DNA of 64,000 nucleotides. Source: Pachysolen tannophilus NRRL Y-2460. Lineage: Eukaryota. Positions 56,461 to 64,000 of this stretch are shown here, one piece after another. Position numbers and translations under genes: made by a program. The notes under the pieces are model-generated. The model made no database searches and was not told where the DNA came from. It worked only from the letters and a program-made list of their open reading frames with translations. How positions within the stretch are numbered: position 1 is the stretch's first letter; every line of letters begins with the position of its first letter. Location of the stretch: positions 278,147-342,146 of the forward strand of contig KV454012.1 in assembly GCA_001661245.1 (NCBI GenBank). The letters are read 5' to 3'.

Positions 56461-58734
56461 ATGTCTTCTGTGAATGATCAGCAAGAAGAGCCGCAGGAAC
56501 AATACCAACAACAAGAAACTCTGTCACTGGTTGGTGGATTTCCATCTTTGGGGTTGGGTTATAATGCGGAAAGAAATGAAAATTTAAGTTCTTCTTCATT
56601 AACTTCTATTAATTCTTCACAAACATCATTACCAGGAAGATTTTCTGCAGATCATGCTCAACCATTACCCTTAACAGCAGAAAATTTAAGAAGAACAAGA
56701 ACAACAACTAGTAGAAGATCTTCTGGATCATTGGTGGTGAAAAAAACTGATTCTCAAGCAAGTCAAAAAAGTGAAATTTTATGGGTTAAAGTATCTAGAG
56801 CAGAAATTGTTCCAAGAGCAAAAAGAAGAGGACTTTTATCTTTAATTTTAATAATTCCAGAATATGAAAATGCTAGAAATTATCCATTACCAATAAAATA
56901 TTTTATAGTATTTGTTGTAGCATGTTGTGCTATTATAGGACCCATGGGAACTGCAATATTATTACCAGCAATTGATGATGTTGCTAGTGATTTGAATACA
57001 ACAAGTACAATTGTTAATGTTTCAGTTGGAGTTTATCTTTTCACATTGGGATTTTTCCCCATATATTGGTCTAATTATTCAGAAAATTATGGAAGAAGAT
57101 CAGTTTACCTAATCAGTTTTCTTTTATTTTTCTGTTTCTCAATAGGTTCATCATTATCAACTTCTATTGGAATGTTAATTGGTTTTAGAGTCTTGAGTGG
57201 TGCATCATCAGCAAGTGTACAAAGTGTTGGTGCTGGAACCATTGGAGATTTATTCCCTCCTCAAACAAGAGGTAGAGCAATGGGTATTTTTTATTTGGGA
57301 CCTTTGGGTGGACCCCTTCTTCTGCCAATTATTGGTGGTGCCTTGACTGAAGGTTTTGGGTGGAGGTCAACTCAATGGTTCTTGATGATATTTAGTGGGA
57401 TCTGTTGTTTATTAATTTTATTATGCTTACCAGAAACTTTAAGAAAACAAGATAATAGAGCAGTAATTAGAAGAATTTTAGCAGAAAGAAGGAAAAAAAT
57501 AGGAATTAAAGATGAAGAAAGTAGTATCGATTCTCCAGATGAAGAAAATCAAAGAAATGAGAAACTTGAGGAAAAACATAAAAAAACTGATCAGGATCAG
57601 GATCTAAATCAAAATCAAAGTTTGGATCAGGATCCGGATCTAGATCTAGATCTAGACGAAGATGAAGATGAAGATGAAGATGAAGATGAAGATGAAGACG
57701 AAGACGAAGATAATAGAATTGAAAGAATTCTTTCCCATCCGTCGATTCGTTCGCTTAGAAGAGAATTGGATGAAGACAGAGATAGAGAAGATGAAGTTGT
57801 AGGAGATGCCTTAATGCCATCATTATCAAAAGTTCAAACAAATCAAAGGAAAGAAATTTATGACAAATTAAGAGCAAACCATTTACGTAAGTTGCAAGAA
57901 CTGGTTAATGATATAGAGAAAAGTCATACAAATATTAGTGACAAAAAAAATAATGATAATAGCATTGGTAGTGGTGGAGGAATAATTAATAAAGAAAAAC
58001 TTTCAAAATGGAAAAGATTTCATACAAGTCTGTACGATTACACTATAAAACCATTGAAGGCAGTTTATTTTTTCAAGTTTCCTCCTGTAACTTTAACAAT
58101 CTTGTATTCAGCACCATGTTTTGCAGTATTATATTTTGTAAATATGACTTTAACATATTGCTATTCCAGAGAACCATATAATTTTTCATCAGTGATTTTG
58201 GGTCTAATGTATATACCTAACTCTGTTACATACATTCTTGCATCAGTATACGGTGGTAAATGGACTGACCGCTTACTTAATAATTACGCCAAGAATCACA
58301 ATGGAAGATTGGTTCCAGAAGCAAGAATAAGTTATAATGTCTTGATTGCCGTAATAATTTTCCCAATCTCTTTACTTATAATTGGCTGGTGCTTCGACAA
58401 AAAATTACATTGGGTAACACCATTAATCGGAACATCACTCTTTGGGTTTGCAAGTATGATGGTTATTGGTGCAACTTTAACTTATCTAGTCGATTCGCTT
58501 CCAGGGAAAGGTGCAACCGGTGTCGCTCTTAACAATTTGGTTAGAATGACATTGGCCACAGTTTCATGCTTTATCACTCAACCTTTAATTGAAGCCTTGG
58601 GTGTTGGTGTTTTGTTTTCTATATTGGCCGGTATTATATGTGTTGTACCGTTATCATTGGTGATTTTAAAAAAAAGAGGTGACTATTGGAGAGAAAATTA
58701 TGATTTAGAAAAATTGTACGATTCATTAGAGTAG
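56461..58734 (+). CDS. QDR3: MFS drug:H+ antiporter, DHA1 family
   Basis: SENYGRR, GAGTIGDLF...RGRAMGIFYLGP, GWRSTQWF, LPETLR, long acidic central loop; neighbours FAT1-CST26. Confidence 0.8.
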   Translation: MSSVNDQQEEPQEQYQQQETLSLVGGFPSLGLGYNAERNENLSSSSLTSINSSQTSLPGRFSADHAQPLPLTAENLRRTRTTTSRRSSGSLVVKKTDSQASQKSEILWVKVSRAEIVPRAKRRGLLSLILIIPEYENARNYPLPIKYFIVFVVACCAIIGPMGTAILLPAIDDVASDLNTTSTIVNVSVGVYLFTLGFFPIYWSNYSENYGRRSVYLISFLLFFCFSIGSSLSTSIGMLIGFRVLSGASSASVQSVGAGTIGDLFPPQTRGRAMGIFYLGPLGGPLLLPIIGGALTEGFGWRSTQWFLMIFSGICCLLILLCLPETLRKQDNRAVIRRILAERRKKIGIKDEESSIDSPDEENQRNEKLEEKHKKTDQDQDLNQNQSLDQDPDLDLDLDEDEDEDEDEDEDEDEDEDNRIERILSHPSIRSLRRELDEDRDREDEVVGDALMPSLSKVQTNQRKEIYDKLRANHLRKLQELVNDIEKSHTNISDKKNNDNSIGSGGGIINKEKLSKWKRFHTSLYDYTIKPLKAVYFFKFPPVTLTILYSAPCFAVLYFVNMTLTYCYSREPYNFSSVILGLMYIPNSVTYILASVYGGKWTDRLLNNYAKNHNGRLVPEARISYNVLIAVIIFPISLLIIGWCFDKKLHWVTPLIGTSLFGFASMMVIGATLTYLVDSLPGKGATGVALNNLVRMTLATVSCFITQPLIEALGVGVLFSILAGIICVVPLSLVILKKRGDYWRENYDLEKLYDSLE
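57658..57711 (+). repeat. (GAAGAT)n repeat encoding a Glu-Asp tract
   Basis: Tandem hexamer in the transporter central loop. Confidence 0.85.
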
Positions 58735-58961
58735 CTAGAAAAAATTTTTTATTTTATTTTATTTTTTTTTTGTTTGGCATTTATAAGGACAGGAATTAAT
58801 TAATTATTATACGGGTTTGAATAAGTTTGTAGAAATCAGTCTGTAGAATGTAGTAGGAAATATATATACTCTTTACTTTTAGAATTCAAATCGATTATAA
58901 TTACGGAATCAAATTTAATCTCCTTATGTAAAAACTTCTTCAAGCTTTTACCTTGTATAAT

Positions 58962-59043
58962 GTCCCAGTGGCCGAGTGGTTAAGGCGACGCCCTGCTAAG
59001 GCGTTGTGCTCTGCATGCGCAGGTTCGAATCCTGTCTGTGACG
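58962..59043 (+). tRNA. tRNA-Ser(GCT), intronless
   Basis: GTCCCAGTGGCCGAGTGGTTAAGGCG ACGCC CT GCT AA GGCGT, variable arm, GGTTCGAATCC, TGTGACG; T-run follows. Confidence 0.96.
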
Positions 59044-60043
59044 TTATTTTTTTCTTTTTTGTTTTAATTGTTTTTTAAAAATTTTTGTAAATTTTTCCTT
59101 CTTTGATTACCTATGACAAGAAAGAACTACCTTCTTGAAGACAGCATAATATTTATTGATTGCTATATATTCTGGATTATCTGATTGAACAATAAATAAT
59201 CCTGGTACTTTTAATAAACCTGCTTACTAAATGCGTTTACATATTTTTTAATAGCAATCCGATTTTCAATAGAAAGTGGTCTAATTTGTAAATTGCTTAA
59301 CTGTATCAGACAATAAAGTCTTAGTTGTATGCATGGATTGTTATTATGCATGTACAATGAAAAGCGATATGCAAGATTCAAACATATTGTTTCAAACATC
59401 TGCTTATTAGGCATATCTTAGTCTGTAACTTATTTTTACTACAATAGTAGTATCCATAACTGATAACACACTAGGTTCAACCGTCATGACTATAAAGTTT
59501 TCTCCTACTTTTATTAGTTTTTAGTTGTTTTTTTTTTTTTTTTTTTATATATGCTTGAATGTGAAATTTCACAATTTTCAGTTAGTAATATTAAATTTTA
59601 ATTAATAAAAATTAATTGTGTACTTAGCTTTGTAGTTAATATAATAATTATATATATATTAACGTAAAGTAGAAAAAAATTTCTTTTCTTCTCTTTTCTT
59701 TTTTTTTTTTTTTTTTTTTTTTAAAATTTCCNNNNNNNNNNNNNNNNNNNNNNNNNNNNNNNNNNNNNNNNNNNNNNNNNNNNNNNNNNNNNNNNNNNNN
59801 NNNNNNNNNNNNNNNNNNNNNNNNNNNNNNNNNNNNNNNNNNNNNNNNNNNNNNNNNNNNNNNNNNNNNNNNNNNNNNNNTTTTTNTTTTTTTTTTTTGT
59901 TAGAAATTGCTCACTTTCGATAAGGATAATGTCTACATTTTAATTAAAAAATTATAAAATAAAAGTTAATATTAAAAGTGTTTATGTTTTCAGTAAGTAA
60001 GTAAACTGAACCAAAAAAGAAAAAAAAAAAAAGTCTAGTCAAT

Positions 60044-62989
60044 TCAAGCGAAATAACGTGGTTCATCAAAAACGTGGAATCTATGATCCCGAATACCATC
60101 ACCGTAAAATTTGGAAGGAAATCTAAATGGTTCAAGCACTTCTTCTTCTTCAATTCTTTCATTAGCGTATAATTCTTGTTCATCAATCTCCTTATCCCAT
60201 AATAAAAATTTTCCAACTTGAAGTTCTGTATCTGTTATACTTGATCTGCTAATTCTGGCATAACCTATTCTCTTCAATTTCTTGAAAAGAATATATTCAC
60301 ACCATCTATCCCAATCAGTAGGATCGATATCATGCATTCCAGTATAATCACTTACATATGTATTGTAATTACCTTCCAAAGGATCAGTAACTAAATAACT
60401 AAGTAAAATCATTGGTTTGTCTGAAGAACCCATGATATCGGCAATTTCTAAAGCCTGTAATCTACGGTCTTCAACATCTTCCTCCTGTCCGCTATGGAAA
60501 ACAACAACGTCAACCATTTCTCCATAAACGTCCAATGTAGCATGTATTGCTGGAGCTAATTCACCAACCGGTGATGATAATAAATGATGTGTAGAATTCA
60601 AAATTGGAAATTTGGACAATAAAGCACAACCCCATGTATGTTTATTCGGACCCGGTCCATAATCCGTATACATTCCTAATTTCTCACCAAGATTCTGGGT
60701 TAAATCTCTATTTCCCATAATCAACCTTTGTGTATCTGTTTCTAATAATCCAACAATGTCTAACTCTGCATCCCTTATAAGATCAATCATTCTTTCTTCA
60801 CTTGCCCACATATCATTATCTAAACCAAAATGAATTGTCCAAATACCTGCCGTAAATAATTTTTCTTCTTCATGATAAGGTACTGGTAATTCTGTGTCAA
60901 ATCTTTTATATGATATATAAGCAGAAATAGCTGTTAATATAGTTAAAATTTTCAAAGTTTTTGAAACCACATCTGATAATTTTAAAGATGATTTTGCAGC
61001 TTCCTCCTCTTGTTCTTTCTGTAAGTCGTCTTTATTTATTAGTTTATACCCAATTAAGCCACATGCTAAGAATAGGTTAGTTACTAATAAGAGAATATCT
61101 GTTCTTTCCCTCAATAACCATCCACCTGGAACAAAAGCGTAAGCAACAACCCATACATGACCTAATGATAACATCATATCAACGAAATAACCAATGAAGA
61201 AAACAAGTCCAGGATTTAATCTTGAAGCAGGAATAAAGATGACAGGAACAATTGAACATAAAAACACTGTATAAATCAAACCTCCAAAGTAACCATACCA
61301 TCCAGAAAATAAGTACATTATTATTGATCCAATATTACCTATAATGAAATATTTCCAAGTAGAAACAAATTCCAAGTTTGATAATCCTAGATAAATACCA
61401 ATACTCATAGATAAAAGAGTTATTGGACCATGAGGTATTGGAGTTGGTCCATGAACTGGATAACCATCCCATGACCATAAAATAATAGTTGAAGAGTCTG
61501 TCAATATTGCACTTAAGATAAACATTAAAGCTCCTAGTCCTAACCCAGTTAAAATTGCGGATTCTTTACCCTTTGCAATTTTAGCTGGTTGAGAATCATT
61601 TTGAATTCTTGGAGTGAAGAAAGCTCCGAATAACCCAATTGCTAATCCCAACATATTGTAACCACCGTTTGCCTCGTGCATAATAGGCCATATTGGATTA
61701 TTTGTCTTGAATGCAAGTTTACAAACTGAGGATGCTAATAAACCCACTGTAAAAGAAGCAGAATAAAATTTGACTGATAATGAATTTTTTTGTAAAAATT
61801 TATTAACATAGTTAATTTCATTTGCTAATGCCAACACAACAAAAAATGTAGCTACTGCAATTAATAACAATCTATTTGCAGGATCTTGAATTTTATAAGA
61901 ACCTATTCCAAAGATAACTGAAAATAACCTTGGTATTTGAGGTTTTTCAGTGACAAATTTTCTGAAAGTTGAAGACAATAATACTACTGGACTCATTAAA
62001 GTCATAATTACTGCTTCATATCCAGAAATTCCCATATGCCATAAAGGGAAATGCCATACGCATAAAAAGATGGAAGTTGTAATTGTCCAGTACATATAAG
62101 AATTAATGACATTCACTAAAAATTGGAAATATCCAAATTTAACAACTGATTGTGTTGATCTAGAAATTTTTTCGGTTACCAGAGTTCCGTTACCATTCTG
62201 GAAACCATTAGTAGTTTCAATAGTAGTTTCAGTGGATATTGGTGTTGGTACAGAATTAATTTCGAATAAGACTGAACCATTTTCTGATGGAATCAATTGT
62301 ATCTTGATATCTTTAAAATCTTTAATAGTCCAAGCATCAAAGGCAATATCTAGAAAAATAAGAGACCATTCGATATATGCATAATAAGAATATGCTCCTG
62401 CAACTCTATGAACTTTATGCTGGATGAATAGATAAATTAATGGACCTAAAGCACCAAAAAATGTCAGAGCTGTAATAATTCTACCAAATTTTAAACTTGA
62501 ACCAATAGGTGATAATTTTGTTATTGATATTGTCCATGGAAGTGTTAAAACAATATAACTAATCATGAAAATATCATGGAAATCATGATCATCAGTAGAA
62601 GTAATATAAACCCAACCGCCGCACGTGACTGTTCTTAATATACCAACAATTAAAATAATTTTATTATAGATTGAATTTTTCTTGTATAATTTTAAATAAC
62701 ACAAGAAAATTAATAAAAATCTGGGCCCTGAAGTTAAAGCTATTAATATTTGGAAAATAGATCTTTCTGGATATCTATCTCCAATAGTTGCAGAAACACT
62801 TGGAAACCATTCATCTGGATACCCATAATGAGCATTTTGAACAATTTTATCATAATGTAACAGAACACCAACTATAAGAGCCGCTATAAAAGCAGAAAAT
62901 GCACATATCGTATGAGCATACGCAACTACCACAGCATTAAACTGAATAATGGGTGTCGGTATTGGTGTCACTATTGAAGATGAAGTCAT
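60044..62989 (-). CDS. CWH43: GPI-anchor lipid remodelling protein
   Basis: YPDEWFPSVSATIGDRYPERS, YITSTDDHD.HD, GIWTIHFGLDNDMWASE, GPGPNKHTWG, ITDTELQVGKF. Confidence 0.95.
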   Translation of the reverse strand: MTSSSIVTPIPTPIIQFNAVVVAYAHTICAFSAFIAALIVGVLLHYDKIVQNAHYGYPDEWFPSVSATIGDRYPERSIFQILIALTSGPRFLLIFLCYLKLYKKNSIYNKIILIVGILRTVTCGGWVYITSTDDHDFHDIFMISYIVLTLPWTISITKLSPIGSSLKFGRIITALTFFGALGPLIYLFIQHKVHRVAGAYSYYAYIEWSLIFLDIAFDAWTIKDFKDIKIQLIPSENGSVLFEINSVPTPISTETTIETTNGFQNGNGTLVTEKISRSTQSVVKFGYFQFLVNVINSYMYWTITTSIFLCVWHFPLWHMGISGYEAVIMTLMSPVVLLSSTFRKFVTEKPQIPRLFSVIFGIGSYKIQDPANRLLLIAVATFFVVLALANEINYVNKFLQKNSLSVKFYSASFTVGLLASSVCKLAFKTNNPIWPIMHEANGGYNMLGLAIGLFGAFFTPRIQNDSQPAKIAKGKESAILTGLGLGALMFILSAILTDSSTIILWSWDGYPVHGPTPIPHGPITLLSMSIGIYLGLSNLEFVSTWKYFIIGNIGSIIMYLFSGWYGYFGGLIYTVFLCSIVPVIFIPASRLNPGLVFFIGYFVDMMLSLGHVWVVAYAFVPGGWLLRERTDILLLVTNLFLACGLIGYKLINKDDLQKEQEEEAAKSSLKLSDVVSKTLKILTILTAISAYISYKRFDTELPVPYHEEEKLFTAGIWTIHFGLDNDMWASEERMIDLIRDAELDIVGLLETDTQRLIMGNRDLTQNLGEKLGMYTDYGPGPNKHTWGCALLSKFPILNSTHHLLSSPVGELAPAIHATLDVYGEMVDVVVFHSGQEEDVEDRRLQALEIADIMGSSDKPMILLSYLVTDPLEGNYNTYVSDYTGMHDIDPTDWDRWCEYILFKKLKRIGYARISRSSITDTELQVGKFLLWDKEIDEQELYANERIEEEEVLEPFRFPSKFYGDGIRDHRFHVFDEPRYFA

Positions 62990-63707
62990 ATGTAATTAAT
63001 TATAAAAGAAAGAAAAAAAACTTTAAAAACAAGATAGAAATGAAATTAAAGAAAGAAAAAAACAACTAAAAGAAAGAAAAACAAAAATGAAAAAAAAAAA
63101 AAAGAGAAAAAAAAAAAAAAAAAAAAATTAAATAAAAAAAAAAAATNNNNNNNNNNNNNNNNNNNNNNNNNNNNNNNNNNNNNNNNNNNNNNNNNNNNNN
63201 NNNNNNNNNNNNNNNNNNNNNNNNNNNNNNNNNNNNNNNNNNNNNNNNNNNNNNNNNNNNNNNNNNNNNNNNNNNNNNNNNNNNNNNNNNNNNNNNNNNN
63301 NNNNNNNNNNNNNNNNNNNNNNNNNNNNNNNNNNNNNNNNAAAAAAAAAAAAAAAAAAAACTTAATTAGCAAAAGCAATCTTTCTGCTGCGATTAAACAA
63401 CACTGCTCAACCTTTTAAACTTGATAGTTGTAATTTATTATTTTTTAATTTATTTTATATTATAATATATATATATATATTTACAACACGTTATTTTACC
63501 AGACATAATAAAAAAAAAAAATTTTTTCCAAACACAAATTTTGGTCGTGCGTAAATGTTCCAAAAAAACTTTCAAATTTTGTTATTAAAAATGGAGCAAT
63601 AGAAAGGTTGATAACGATAATAAAAAGAATTAATAATAATTATATTATTATTATTATAGTTAATCCATTGGTTGTATTGGATCAATCAGGTAAATTTAGT
63701 TGTGAAT

Positions 63708-64000
63708 ATGTCGAGTATGTTTTTGTGTATTTTTTTTCCTTTTTTTTTATTGATTTTTATTACTGACTAAAAATAATTTATTTTGGTAGATACAAAAGAA
63801 CACATTAGATCACCAAATGTTTCATTTGATACGATTAATTATGCAGAGCCTGAGCAATTGAGGTTGGCACAAGAATCGATGTTGAGGGAACAATTGGTGA
63901 GGGTTGCTGCATTAAAAGTTGTTAGAAAAGCATTGGAGAAATGTTATCTGGTCACTGCACCTAATCATTATGAGGATTGTAGAGAAATTGCAGAAAAATA
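63708..64000 (+). CDS. Complex I accessory subunit NDUFB10/NIDM (12 kDa); exons 63708-63714 and 63790 to beyond window end
   Basis: Not in ORF track. ATG TCG A|GTATGT, TACTGAC at 63761, TAG|; translation VSFDTINY...AQESMLREQLVRV...VRKALEKCY...PNHYEDCREIAEK. Confidence 0.85.

Noticed and set aside
59100..59700. Solo LTR next to tRNA-Ser(GCT)
   Set aside because: No convincing TG...CA termini with target duplication and no second copy in the window.

Overview
AT-rich budding-yeast (Saccharomycotina) scaffold segment with nine N-gaps, about 29 protein-coding genes and three tRNA genes (Gly-GCC, Ser-CGA with intron, Ser-GCT). Recognised genes are RRD2, STE11, CAC2, TRM732, BUD31, POA1, UBP14, MUM2-like, ARO3, UBC13, ENG1/DSE4, CDC14, FAT1, CST26, QDR3, CWH43 and a complex I NDUFB10 subunit. 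Four spliced genes that the ORF track misses or truncates are reconstructed here. Two observations stand out. (1) An unannotated, highly base-paired non-coding region between UBP14 and MUM2 (about 22.0-22.95 kb, + strand) has several hallmarks of a yeast telomerase RNA: a terminally redundant C/A-rich template predicting the 18-nt repeat TAGAGTATGGGTTTATGT, a boundary helix, a P3-like internal loop and an Sm site. The Sm site is followed by a possible donor and a TACTAAC branch point whose acceptor lies 4 nt before the MUM2 start codon. (2) CTG codons fall where Ala or another small residue is expected, indicating a non-standard code, most likely CUG=Ala as in the Pachysolen/Nakazawaea clade. 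Gap-flanking duplications look like assembly artefacts. All homology calls come from recalled motifs, not database searches.
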